From: Bryobacteraceae bacterium
GTDB taxonomy: Bacteria; Acidobacteriota; Terriglobia; Bryobacterales; Bryobacteraceae
Assembly (NCBI GenBank): GCA_035575135.1
Contig: DATLYE010000057.1
Location: forward strand, 13,961-77,960
Direction: 5' to 3'
Length of the DNA stretch: 64,000 nucleotides
In this document: positions 39,531 to 48,427 of the stretch, piece after piece
Layout of the letters: each line of letters opens with the position of its first letter
How positions within the stretch are numbered: position 1 is the first letter of the stretch
Notes under the pieces: generated by a model
The model's database searches: none
What the model saw: only the letters and a program-made list of their open reading frames with translations
Told to the model about the DNA's origin: nothing
Translations under genes and position numbers: made by a program

Positions 39531-40809
39531 CAGATTCGGCCGGCTGGCGGTGGCGTTGCTTATGGCCGCGGCTGTCGAGGCGGCCGAGCGGATCGAGCTC
39601 ACCGTGGGGGGCAGCGCGGTGATTGACTATCCGGCGGGAATCAGCCGCATATCTACCAGCAATCCCGAGGTCGTTGACCCCGTGCCGGTCAGCAAGCGGG
39701 AGGTGCTGCTGCAAGGCAAGTCCTACGGCCTGGCGACGGTGGTGATCTGGGGCCCTTCCGGGGAGCGGACGTTTTACTCGGTTACGGTGGGCCAGGATCT
39801 GGAGCCGTTGCGAAAGCTGTTGCGGGAGACCTTCCCGAACGAACGGATCGAAGTGCAGGCCGGGCGGGATGCCATTGCGCTGACCGGGGAGGTTTCCACC
39901 CCTGCGGTGGCCGAACGGGCGGTGGCGCTGGCGAGTCCGTTCGGCAAAAGCGTGGTCAACCAGCTTCAGGTGGCCCGGCGCGAGGCGGAAAAGCAGGTGT
40001 TGCTCCGGGTGCGCTTTGCCGAAGTGGACCGCAATGCGGCTTCGGCCCTGGGGGCGAATGTGATTCTGACGGGCGCGCTCAACACGGTGGGACGCACGAC
40101 CACCGGCCAGTTCCCGGCGCCGAATCTGGCGCAGGCCGGCGCCGGAACCTCTGCGGTCTTCACGCTCAGCGACGCCCTCAACGTGTTTGCATTCCGGCCT
40201 GACTTGAATCTGGGCGCCTTCGTGAAAGCGCTCCAGACCCAGGGGCTGCTGCAGATTCTGGCGGAGCCCAACCTGGTGGCGACGGAAGGCAAAGAGGCCA
40301 GCTTCCTTGCCGGGGGCGAATTTCCGGTGCCGGTGGTGCAGGGGGGCGCCAATGTGGGGGCCGTGACGATCCAGTTCCGGGAGTTCGGAATCCGGCTGTC
40401 GTTCACACCGCTGGTGACCGATCGCGACACCATCAAGCTGCATGTCAAACCCGAGGTCTCCTCGCTAGATTTTGCCAACGGCATCCAGATTTCCGGCTTT
40501 GTGGTCCCGGCGCTTTCGACGCGCCGCCTGGAGACGCACATCGAGCTACGCCAGGGCCAGAGTTTCGCGATTGCGGGGCTGTTGGACGACCGCGTGACGG
40601 AGAACCTCTCGCGGGTGCCCGGTCTGGCGAGCATTCCGCTGCTCGGGGCTTTGTTCAAGAGCCGGCAGGTGAGCAAGTCCAAGACGGAGTTGTTAGTGCT
40701 GGTGACGCCGGAAATCGCCCGGGCGGTGGAGGCCACTGCGGCGCCGTCGCTGAAGATGCCGCAGGAGTTTCTGAAACCGGAAGGCGAGGGTGGGGCGCAA
40801 CGGCGGTGA
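39514..40809 (+). CDS. cpaC: Tad secretin CpaC/RcpA (type II/III secretion system secretin family)
   Basis: Signal peptide. Pilus-formation N-domain (IELTVGGSAVIDYP..ISRISTSNPEVVD). Secretin core (LLQILAEPNLVATEGKEASFLAGGEFPVP, VPGLASIPLLGALFKS). 17-nt overlap with cpaB. Confidence 0.9.
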   Translation: MPGPIDRFGRLAVALLMAAAVEAAERIELTVGGSAVIDYPAGISRISTSNPEVVDPVPVSKREVLLQGKSYGLATVVIWGPSGERTFYSVTVGQDLEPLRKLLRETFPNERIEVQAGRDAIALTGEVSTPAVAERAVALASPFGKSVVNQLQVARREAEKQVLLRVRFAEVDRNAASALGANVILTGALNTVGRTTTGQFPAPNLAQAGAGTSAVFTLSDALNVFAFRPDLNLGAFVKALQTQGLLQILAEPNLVATEGKEASFLAGGEFPVPVVQGGANVGAVTIQFREFGIRLSFTPLVTDRDTIKLHVKPEVSSLDFANGIQISGFVVPALSTRRLETHIELRQGQSFAIAGLLDDRVTENLSRVPGLASIPLLGALFKSRQVSKSKTELLVLVTPEIARAVEATAAPSLKMPQEFLKPEGEGGAQRR

Positions 40810-40834
40810 GCAGGAGAGATTGTCCGACACGGTC

Positions 40835-42019
40835 ATGGCGGGGCTGCGAGCCATTCTGATTGCGCCGAACCGAGCTCTGGCGGCAGAGTTCCGCGGGAGT
40901 GTGAAGGCGAGCCGTGTCTTTGAGATTGTCGGGGATCTGGAGCACTATCCGGAGCCGCGGGCACTCGAGCGCGGAGTGCGGCAGTTGCGGGCCTCGGTCG
41001 TGCTGGTGGACATCTCGGCCGACCGCCAGGCTGCCGGTGAGCTGTTGCGTCTTGGCGCGTCGCAGCGCTGGGGAGTGCCGGTTGTGGCGCTGCACACGGC
41101 TCAGGATCCGGAGGCGGTTCTGTGGGCACTCCGCCAAGGCGCCAGTGAGTTTTTGCACGCGCCGTTTGAAGCGACTGCGCAGAAGGAAGCCGCCGAGGCG
41201 CTGCTGCGGCTGGGCGCCCCTGTGGAGACGGCCGAGCGCCAAGGACGGGTGCTGGCCTTTTCGAGCGTCAAGCCGGGGGCGGGAGCGACGACGCTAGCCT
41301 GCCACACCGCGCTCGAGCTGAAGCGGTTGACGGGAGAGGAGGTTCTGCTTGCGGATCTTGACCGTACGGCGGGGATGGTGGGCTTTTACCTGGGGATCCG
41401 GGCGACGCCCAATGCCGAAGATGCGCTGGCCCAGGTCGAGGCTCTCGACACGGCCCGCTGGACTGCGCTGACCACCCCGTGCCGGGGTGTGGCGGTGTTG
41501 CCGGCCCCGACGGCGCCGCCGGAGACTTCGTTCCAGCCGGGGCGGCTGGAGGAGCTGCTGGCAGCGGCACGCCGGGCCTACGACTGGGTGATTCTGGATC
41601 TTCCGGCCGCCTTCCACCGGCACAGTCTGCAAGTGTTGTGGAGTGCGGACACGTCGTTTCTGGTGACCACGCCGGATTTGGCCTCGCTTTATCTGGCACG
41701 GAAGGCCGTCCGCCTGCTGTCGAGCCTGGGCCTGACCGAGGAACGGGTCCGGATGCTCGTCAACCGCCAGGTGGCCGCGGCGGAGCTGGGGCCGACGGAG
41801 CTCAGAAAGATTCTGGAGTTCCCGGTTTATGGATCCTTTCCGGAGGGCGGCGACTCGGTCTCGCAGGCTCTCACGAGCGGGAACGGCCTGGAGCCGGGCA
41901 GTGCGATGGAGCAGGCCATCGGGGAGTTTGTGGCGGGCCTGGCGGGGGTGTCGGGAGAAGTCAAGCGCTCGGGGTTGTCCTGGGGCGCCGGGCTGGCGCT
42001 ATCCGGGATCCGGGCCTGA
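40835..42019 (+). CDS. cpaE: CpaE/TadZ-type pilus assembly ATPase-like protein (atypical receiver + MinD/ParA-like domain)
   Basis: Receiver-like N-domain (ILIAPN..VVLVDIS..). Deviant P-loop FSSVKPGAGATTLA. Position between the secretin and cpaF. Confidence 0.8.
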   Translation: MAGLRAILIAPNRALAAEFRGSVKASRVFEIVGDLEHYPEPRALERGVRQLRASVVLVDISADRQAAGELLRLGASQRWGVPVVALHTAQDPEAVLWALRQGASEFLHAPFEATAQKEAAEALLRLGAPVETAERQGRVLAFSSVKPGAGATTLACHTALELKRLTGEEVLLADLDRTAGMVGFYLGIRATPNAEDALAQVEALDTARWTALTTPCRGVAVLPAPTAPPETSFQPGRLEELLAAARRAYDWVILDLPAAFHRHSLQVLWSADTSFLVTTPDLASLYLARKAVRLLSSLGLTEERVRMLVNRQVAAAELGPTELRKILEFPVYGSFPEGGDSVSQALTSGNGLEPGSAMEQAIGEFVAGLAGVSGEVKRSGLSWGAGLALSGIRA

Positions 42020-42032
42020 GGAGGAGTGAACG

Positions 42033-43391
42033 ATGCCAGTCGAAGAGCGGTTGCGTGCCACGGAGACGAGCTGGGAGCAGCGTCTGCTGAGGGACACGGG
42101 ACGGCTGCGGGTGCCGCTCAAAGCCGAAGCCCAGGAACTGAAGTTCCGCCTGCATCGCAAGCTGCTCGAAAAGATCAACCTGGACGCCCTGGCGATGATT
42201 GACGATCAGCGCGTGCGCACGGAGGTGCGCCAGGCGCTGGTGTCGCTGCTCGAGGAGGAGCCGACGCTTTTGAGCGCGGCCGAAAAGCAGCAGATCTGCG
42301 AGGAGGTGCTGCATGAGGTCTTCGGGCTGGGCCCGCTCGAGCCGCTGCTGGCCGATCCCACCGTCTCCGACATTCTGGTGAACACGCACAAGGCCGTGTA
42401 TGTGGAGCGCGGGGGAGTGCTGGAGCTGACCAATGTCGTCTTCCGCGACGACAACCATCTGCTGCGGATCATTGACAAGATCGTTTCGCAGGTGGGGCGG
42501 CGGATTGACGAATCCACGCCCATGGTGGACGCGCGGCTCAAGGACGGCTCGCGGGTCAACGCCATCATTCCGCCGCTGGCGGTGGACGGGCCGCTGCTGT
42601 CCATCCGCAGGTTTTCGGTGGACAAGCTGATGCCCGCCGATCTGGTGGAGCGCAAGTCGCTGTCGCCGGGGATGATGGAACTGCTCGAGGCGGCGGTGCG
42701 GGCGCGGCTGAACATCATCATCTCCGGGGGCACGGGCGCCGGCAAAACGACGCTGCTCAACGCTCTTTCGGCCTTCATCTCGCCCAAGGAGCGCATCGTG
42801 ACCATTGAAGACGCGGCGGAGCTCCAGCTCAAGCAGCCGCACGTGGCGCGGCTGGAGACGCGCCCGCCGAACCTGGAAGGGCAGGGGGCGGTGCGCCAGC
42901 GGGAGCTGCTCATCAACAGCCTGCGCATGCGTCCGGACCGCATCGTGGTGGGCGAGGTGCGCGGCGAGGAGGCGCTGGACATGCTGCAGGCGATGAATAC
43001 CGGCCACGACGGCTCGCTGACCACGATCCACGCCAACTCGCCCCGGGATGCCATTTCGCGTCTGGAGGTGATGGTGTCGCTGGCCAGCGCCAACATGCGG
43101 CTGAGCGCCATCCGCCAGCAGATCGCCAGCGCGGTGCAGCTGTTTGTGCAGGTGTCGCGGCTGAGCGACGGGGCGCGGCGGGTGACCAGCATCACGGAGG
43201 TGACCGGCATGGAGGGGGACGTGGTGACGCTGCAGGACCTGTTCGTGTTCGAAAAGCTGGGGCTGACGCCGGAGGGACGCGTCCGGGGTCGGTTTGCGGC
43301 CACGGGCATCCGGCCGAAGTTCTACGAGCGGCTGCTGGCGGCGGGCATCCGGCTGCGGCCGGAGTTGTTTGACGAGGTGGTGGAGGTTTGA
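42033..43391 (+). CDS. cpaF: CpaF/TadA secretion ATPase
   Basis: Walker [15 protein letters not shown]. Blocks [24 protein letters not shown] and [12 protein letters not shown]. Confidence 0.95.
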   Translation: MPVEERLRATETSWEQRLLRDTGRLRVPLKAEAQELKFRLHRKLLEKINLDALAMIDDQRVRTEVRQALVSLLEEEPTLLSAAEKQQICEEVLHEVFGLGPLEPLLADPTVSDILVNTHKAVYVERGGVLELTNVVFRDDNHLLRIIDKIVSQVGRRIDESTPMVDARLKDGSRVNAIIPPLAVDGPLLSIRRFSVDKLMPADLVERKSLSPGMMELLEAAVRARLNIIISGGTGAGKTTLLNALSAFISPKERIVTIEDAAELQLKQPHVARLETRPPNLEGQGAVRQRELLINSLRMRPDRIVVGEVRGEEALDMLQAMNTGHDGSLTTIHANSPRDAISRLEVMVSLASANMRLSAIRQQIASAVQLFVQVSRLSDGARRVTSITEVTGMEGDVVTLQDLFVFEKLGLTPEGRVRGRFAATGIRPKFYERLLAAGIRLRPELFDEVVEV

Positions 43392-43395
43392 AGTC

Positions 43396-44364
43396 ATGCT
43401 GACGGTTGTCGTCGCCGCCGTCGCCTCCTGGCTCTGTGCGGTGCTGTGCTGGTGGTTGCTGACGCGACTCTGGCGCAAGTCCGAGATCAAGCGGTTTCAG
43501 GACCGCCTGGGCACCGCTCCGGCCCGGAAGAGCAAGAAGGCGGAGGCGCCGGTGCTGCTGCCGCGGGAGGACACCGAGACCGGGCGGCTGGTGCGGCGCA
43601 TTCTGGAACGGTTCCGTCTGGATGCGAAGCTGGCGCTGCTGATCGAGCAGGCCGACCTGCGCTGGCACGTGGCGCGGATGATTCACGGTTCGCTGGCGCT
43701 GTTTCTGGCCGGCTTCGCCGTGGTCTGGTACGTGACTCCCGCCTGGCGGATGCTGGCTCTGCCCGTAGGGGCGCTGGCCGGGGCGCTGCCGCTCCTCTAC
43801 GTCCTGCGCCGGCGCCAGGCGCGGTTGCGGCGGTTCGAGGCGCAGTTTCCCGAGAGCCTGGATTTTGTGGCGCGCTCCCTGCGCGCCGGTCACGCCTTTT
43901 CGGTGTCTCTGGAGATGCTCCACAAAGAGTTCCAGGATCCGCTGGCTGCCGAGTTTCGCAGGACCTTTGAAGAACACAACCTGGGCCTTCCTCTGGAGGT
44001 GGCCCTGGAGAAGCTGGCCAAGCGGGTGCCGTTGATGGACGTGCAGTTTTTCGTGTCGGCGGTGATGTTGCAGAAACGTACGGGCGGCAACCTGGCCGAA
44101 CTGCTGGACAAGCTGGCGTATGTGATCCGCGAGCGCTTCAAGCTGCGGGGCCGGATCCGCGCGGTGAGCGCCCACGGGCGCATGACGGGCTACGCGCTTT
44201 CGGCGATTCCCGTCATGGTGGGACTGATGATGTTTCTGGTCAACCGGGAATGGGTCACGTTTTTCTTCACGGATGAAACGGGCCGCATGATGCTGGCGGC
44301 GGCGCTGGGCTTGCAGGTCATCGGATACGCCGTCATCAAGAAGATCGTCTCGATCGAAGTCTGA
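43396..44364 (+). CDS. tadB: TadB-type type II secretion system F-family inner membrane protein
   Basis: T2SSF pattern (FPESLDFVARSLRAGHAFSVSLE.., QKRTGGNLAELLD). N- and C-terminal TM segments. 4 nt after the cpaF stop. Confidence 0.88.
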   Translation: MLTVVVAAVASWLCAVLCWWLLTRLWRKSEIKRFQDRLGTAPARKSKKAEAPVLLPREDTETGRLVRRILERFRLDAKLALLIEQADLRWHVARMIHGSLALFLAGFAVVWYVTPAWRMLALPVGALAGALPLLYVLRRRQARLRRFEAQFPESLDFVARSLRAGHAFSVSLEMLHKEFQDPLAAEFRRTFEEHNLGLPLEVALEKLAKRVPLMDVQFFVSAVMLQKRTGGNLAELLDKLAYVIRERFKLRGRIRAVSAHGRMTGYALSAIPVMVGLMMFLVNREWVTFFFTDETGRMMLAAALGLQVIGYAVIKKIVSIEV

Positions 44365-44367
44365 GCT

Positions 44368-45285
44368 ATGGAACTGGCCGGCGCAGCGGTGGTGTTCTTT
44401 CTGGTGGCGGCGTTCACCGCGCTGGCGGGGCTGCGGCTGTGGGCGCGTCCGAAGGCGGTCATCGAGCGGCTGACAGGGCCCGGGGTCGAGACGGCTCCGG
44501 TGCCGTCCCATCCGAGCCTGGCGTTTCGCGAGCTGCTCAAGCGGCTGGGAGAGGCGGTGCCGACTCCGAGCAAGGAGGCGGGGCGGCTGGAGCGGCGGCT
44601 GATCCGGGCCGGCTACCGGAAGCCGGGGGCGGCCCGGGTGGTCAACGGGGCGCGGGTGCTGCTGGCGGTGGTAGTGCCGCTGGTGGTTTATGTGGTGATG
44701 CAATCCTGGGCTCCGGGCTCGGAGAACCTGCCCTTGCTGGTCGGTGGCGCGGTGGTGATGGGGTACGCGGCGCCGGGGGCGTGGGTGGACTGGAAGGCCA
44801 AGCGGCGCCAGCGGCGCATTCGGCGGGGCCTGCCCGACGCGCTCGACCTGTTGGTGATCTGCGTGGAATCCGGGCTGGGACTGGATCAGGCGATCATGCA
44901 GGCGGCCAAAGAGATGGAGATCGCCCATCCGGATATCAGCGACGAATTCGCCCTGGTGAACGTGGAGATGAAGGCCGGGGTGCGGCGCGCCGAGGCACTG
45001 CGCCATCTGGGAGAGCGCAGCGGCGTAGACGAACTCAAAAAGCTGGTGGCCGTGCTGATCCAGGCGGACCGCTTTGGCACCAGCGTGGCCCAGAGCCTGC
45101 GCACCCATTCGGACTTTCTGCGCGTGCAAATGCGCCAGAAAGCCGAGGAACAGGCCGCCAAGCTCGGCGTGAAGCTGGTGTTTCCGATCTTCTTCTGCAT
45201 CCTGCCGACGCTGTTCGTGGTGACCGTCGGCCCCATGGCGGTGCGCATCCTGCGGGAGGTGCTCCCCATGATCGCCAACATGTAA
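44368..45285 (+). CDS. tadC: TadC-type type II secretion system F-family inner membrane protein
   Basis: T2SSF pattern (LPDALDLLVICVESGLGLDQAI.., QADRFGTSVAQSLR). 3 nt after tadB. Confidence 0.88.
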   Translation: MELAGAAVVFFLVAAFTALAGLRLWARPKAVIERLTGPGVETAPVPSHPSLAFRELLKRLGEAVPTPSKEAGRLERRLIRAGYRKPGAARVVNGARVLLAVVVPLVVYVVMQSWAPGSENLPLLVGGAVVMGYAAPGAWVDWKAKRRQRRIRRGLPDALDLLVICVESGLGLDQAIMQAAKEMEIAHPDISDEFALVNVEMKAGVRRAEALRHLGERSGVDELKKLVAVLIQADRFGTSVAQSLRTHSDFLRVQMRQKAEEQAAKLGVKLVFPIFFCILPTLFVVTVGPMAVRILREVLPMIANM

Positions 45286-45321
45286 GGGCGGAGGAATTTT
45301 CAAAGGAAAGGAGGAAGTGCG

Positions 45322-45414
45322 ATGGATACGGCGACCATCCGAATCATCTGCGCGGTGCTGGCCGTGGTGCTGCTGGGGCTGATCATCCTGCGCCGCCGGC
45401 GCAGCGCCGAATGA
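45322..45414 (+). CDS. 30-aa single-pass membrane micropeptide (below the ORF-track length cut-off)
   Basis: I translated this by hand: MDTATIRIICAVLAVVLLGLIILRRRRSAE. Strong SD GGAGG at 45310-45314, 7 nt before the ATG. One TM helix followed by RRRR (positive-inside). An intrinsic terminator follows directly. Confidence 0.55.
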   Translation: MDTATIRIICAVLAVVLLGLIILRRRRSAE

Positions 45415-45437
45415 AGTGCTTGCGGCGGGAGCTCGAA

Positions 45438-45476
45438 GCGGGACGGAGCGGGGCGGCGCCGTCCCGCATGTTTTTT
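45438..45476 (+). terminator. Rho-independent terminator-like hairpin after the tad operon
   Basis: Perfect 9-bp GC-rich stem GCGGGACGG (45438-45446) / CCGTCCCGC (45459-45467), a 12-nt loop, then ATGTTTTTT. Confidence 0.6.
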
Positions 45477-45515
45477 CACTTGTTTCTGAAGTTTTCCCCG
45501 TAAGATTGAGAGTGA

Positions 45516-46445
45516 GTGTGGCGACGCGGCTGTCTCTGTACATGGGTCTTGTTGGCGCTCTGGTACGGCCCGGCCAAGGCTGCGCCGCCAACCAACGCCT
45601 ACGTCGGTAGCGAAGTCTGCCGGAAGTGCCACCCGGACGTCTGGCTCAATTTTTACAAGAATCCCCACTACAAGACCATTGCCTCGGGCAAAGAGCCGCC
45701 GGAGCGCACGGGTTGCGAAGGCTGTCACGGTCCCGGCCAGGCGCACGTTCAGGCGCTCGGCGACAAGGCCGCCATCCGCGCCTTTTCGGAGATGGCGCCG
45801 CGCCAGGTGCTGGACGCATGCCTGGCATGCCACGGCGGGGACATTTCTAAAGTCCACCTGGAGCGCTCCGCCCATACGCTGGCCGGGGTGGACTGTTCCG
45901 CCTGCCACTCCATTCACCGTTCCCCCGTTCCAAAGTTTCTGCTGGCCAAGGTGCAACGTGAAGTCTGCTACGGCTGCCATGGCACGGTGCGCAGCCAGTT
46001 CTCGATGCCCTTCAAACACCGGGTGAACGAAGGCTTCATGGAGTGCACGGACTGTCACAACCCGCATGGTGCGCCGGCGCCGGTGTGGCGGCTGGGATTG
46101 CGGCCGCGCCTGGTCGAGGCGGCACTGGCCACTGAGGAACCCTGCCTGAAGTGTCACTCCGACAAGCGCGGCCCGTTCGCCTTCGAACATCCGGCCGTGC
46201 GCGTGGACGGCTGCGAAACCTGTCATCAGCCCCACGGCTCGATGAACGCGCGCCTGCTGCGGAGGCCGGCGGTGTTCACGCTGTGTCTGGAGTGCCACAC
46301 GGGAATGGGGGACTTCGGAAGGCAGGGAGACGGCATTACGGTGCAGTCGGCGAGTCACGATATGACGAACCCGCGCTATCAGAACTGCACGAGCTGTCAC
46401 GTGCGGATTCACGGCTCGAACGCGGATTCACGGTTTCTGCGATGA
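45516..46445 (+). CDS. DmsE/MtrA-family decahaem c-type cytochrome (MtoA/PioA/MtrA-like)
   Basis: Ten CXXCH motifs: CRKCH, CEGCH, CLACH, CSACH, CYGCH, CTDCH, CLKCH, CETCH, CLECH, CTSCH. Signal peptide ..WVLLALWYGPAKA/APP. Family-typical C-terminus CTSCHVRIHGSN. About 300 aa. GTG start. Confidence 0.88.
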   Translation: MWRRGCLCTWVLLALWYGPAKAAPPTNAYVGSEVCRKCHPDVWLNFYKNPHYKTIASGKEPPERTGCEGCHGPGQAHVQALGDKAAIRAFSEMAPRQVLDACLACHGGDISKVHLERSAHTLAGVDCSACHSIHRSPVPKFLLAKVQREVCYGCHGTVRSQFSMPFKHRVNEGFMECTDCHNPHGAPAPVWRLGLRPRLVEAALATEEPCLKCHSDKRGPFAFEHPAVRVDGCETCHQPHGSMNARLLRRPAVFTLCLECHTGMGDFGRQGDGITVQSASHDMTNPRYQNCTSCHVRIHGSNADSRFLR

Positions 46446-48424
46446 GAGGTGCGGCGCAGGCTCTGGCGCTCCTGTGGGCGGCGATGCAGTTGGCCGCCCA
46501 GCCCACGGTTGCGCCCACGCCGGAAGCTGTCGGTCCGGCGCGCGGCCGCGAGGCCGGAAACTACAACGTCGTGCAGTGGTTCGAGACCGGCTACCGCCTG
46601 CGGTCCGTGGGCGGCAACGCCGGAAAGTACCGCAGCGACGTGAACTTCGGAAACGGGCTGCGGTTACTCGGAGGCCGGCTGAGCGTCAACTCGCGTGACG
46701 GTCACGGGCGGTTCTTCGACGAGATCGTGCTCGGGATGCAAGGCCTGGGCAACGATCCATACCAGCTTTCCTCGCTGCGCGTTCAGAAGAACGGCGCCTA
46801 CCGCTACGACTTCACCTGGCGCCTGGATCAGTACTACAATCCTGCGCTCACCATCGCCGAGGGGCAGCATTTCCTCAATACCGAGCGGCGCCTGCAAGAC
46901 CACGAGCTCACGCTGCTGCCCCAGTCGAGCTGGCGGCTGATCCTGGGCTACACGCGGAACCGGCAGGACGGGCCGGGATTGACCACGGTGCAGCAGTTCG
47001 ACTCGCGCGGCGACGAATTCCCGCTGTTCGCCAACGTCCGCCGCGAACGCAACGAGTACCGGCTCGGCGGTGAGATCCGGCTGTTCGGAGTGCGGCTGAA
47101 CTGGCTCCGGGGTTGGGACAACTACAAAGAGGACACGCGAGCGTTTCTCGGTCTTCCATCGGCGGGCAACAATCCGGCGGATCTGACCGCGCTCGAAGCG
47201 TTGCGCCGCGACGAGCCGTATCGGGGCAGCAGCCCGTACTGGCGCCTGAACCTGCGGGCGGAGGGCCGCGTCTTTGCCGCGAATGCACGCTTTGCGTACG
47301 CGGCGGGGCGCCGCCGTTTTGTCTTCGACGAGAGCGCCTCCGGGATTGACCGTCTGGGCGCGGCGCGCAACCGCCAGATTCTGTTGTCCGGCGCGGGCCG
47401 GCGGCCGGTTGCGGCGGGCAGTCTCACCCTGAGTGTTGCGCCCGGATCCCGCCTGAGGGTGGCAAGCCACACGGCGTTTCACCACACGCGGATGGAGGGC
47501 GATGCCTCGTTTCGCGAGGTGAACAACGCAACGCTCGGAAGCACGCTGGTTTTCTTCCAGTTTCTGGGGATCCGCACCATCAGCCAGACCACCGAGGCAA
47601 CCATGCGTCTGGCCGATCGCGTCGCGATCTACGGCGGCCATCACTACTCGGCGCGGCGCATCCGCTCGCTCGAGCAGTTCCGCACCGGGCCGGTGCTCGA
47701 ACGGTTGCCCGCCGAGCAGGACAACGTGTTCCACTCCGGACAGGCCGGGATCCGGCTGGCGCCGCGGAAGCACCTGAGCGTGAACCTGGAAGCCGAGGTG
47801 GGCCGGGCCGATCGTCCCTTTTTGCCAATTGCCGAGCGCAACTATCACGGTTTTGGGGCGCGCCTGCGGTACCGGACGCGCACTCTCACGTGGTCCGTGG
47901 CGGCGCGGACGAATTACAACACGAACGCTGTGTCGTTTTCGGCTCACAGTTCGCGCAGCCGTAACTATTCGGCGGAGCTTTCGTGGACGCCGGGCAGCCG
48001 GTTTTCGCTGGACGCCGCCTACGGGAAGCTTCATCTGGACACGATTTCCGCTCTGGCCTTTTTCGCGGCGGGCCGGCTCAACTTCCAGGATCGGTCGCTG
48101 TACGCCAGCAACCTGCACAGCGGGACTTTGGGCGCACGCTTTGAGATCGGGCGGGTCAGTTTGTATGCAGGTTACAGCCATGTGGAGGATACGGGCGGCG
48201 ATCGCCGTAGGGCGCCGGGAGCGGTTGCCTCGCTGCCGGCGTTTGTCGCCGCCCAGACGTTCCCGGCGGCTTTCCGCAGCCCGCTGGCTCGCCTGTCGTT
48301 GAGATTGCACAGCAAACTGCGCTGGAATTTCGGCTATCAGTATTACGGCTACCGCGAGGAATTCTCAGGGCGGCAGGGTTACCGGGCGCACACGGCCTAT
48401 TCGAGCGTGCTATGGTCATTTTGA
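46442..48424 (+). CDS. Large outer-membrane beta-barrel protein in MtrB/MtoB/PioB position (porin partner of the decahaem cytochrome)
   Basis: The ATG overlaps the cytochrome stop (ATGA). Signal peptide MRGAAQALALLWAAMQLAAQP. 660 aa with no Cys. Y/R/N/G-rich alternating strands. C-terminal ..YSSVLWSF. Family assignment rests on context and composition, not on a computed alignment. Confidence 0.6.
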   Translation: MRGAAQALALLWAAMQLAAQPTVAPTPEAVGPARGREAGNYNVVQWFETGYRLRSVGGNAGKYRSDVNFGNGLRLLGGRLSVNSRDGHGRFFDEIVLGMQGLGNDPYQLSSLRVQKNGAYRYDFTWRLDQYYNPALTIAEGQHFLNTERRLQDHELTLLPQSSWRLILGYTRNRQDGPGLTTVQQFDSRGDEFPLFANVRRERNEYRLGGEIRLFGVRLNWLRGWDNYKEDTRAFLGLPSAGNNPADLTALEALRRDEPYRGSSPYWRLNLRAEGRVFAANARFAYAAGRRRFVFDESASGIDRLGAARNRQILLSGAGRRPVAAGSLTLSVAPGSRLRVASHTAFHHTRMEGDASFREVNNATLGSTLVFFQFLGIRTISQTTEATMRLADRVAIYGGHHYSARRIRSLEQFRTGPVLERLPAEQDNVFHSGQAGIRLAPRKHLSVNLEAEVGRADRPFLPIAERNYHGFGARLRYRTRTLTWSVAARTNYNTNAVSFSAHSSRSRNYSAELSWTPGSRFSLDAAYGKLHLDTISALAFFAAGRLNFQDRSLYASNLHSGTLGARFEIGRVSLYAGYSHVEDTGGDRRRAPGAVASLPAFVAAQTFPAAFRSPLARLSLRLHSKLRWNFGYQYYGYREEFSGRQGYRAHTAYSSVLWSF

Positions 48425-48427
48425 CAG

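Noticed and set aside
45501-45506. TAAGAT as the -10 element of a dedicated promoter for the decahaem gene
   Set aside because: The only -35 candidate (TTGTTT) is poor and 15 nt away, and the GTG start would lie about 10 nt downstream, giving a nearly leaderless transcript. Too speculative to call.
43192-45591. 799-aa minus-strand ORF
   Set aside because: Antisense to tadB/tadC. The product is Arg/Pro/His/Gln-rich with no motifs, whereas the plus-strand genes match the T2SS-F family well.
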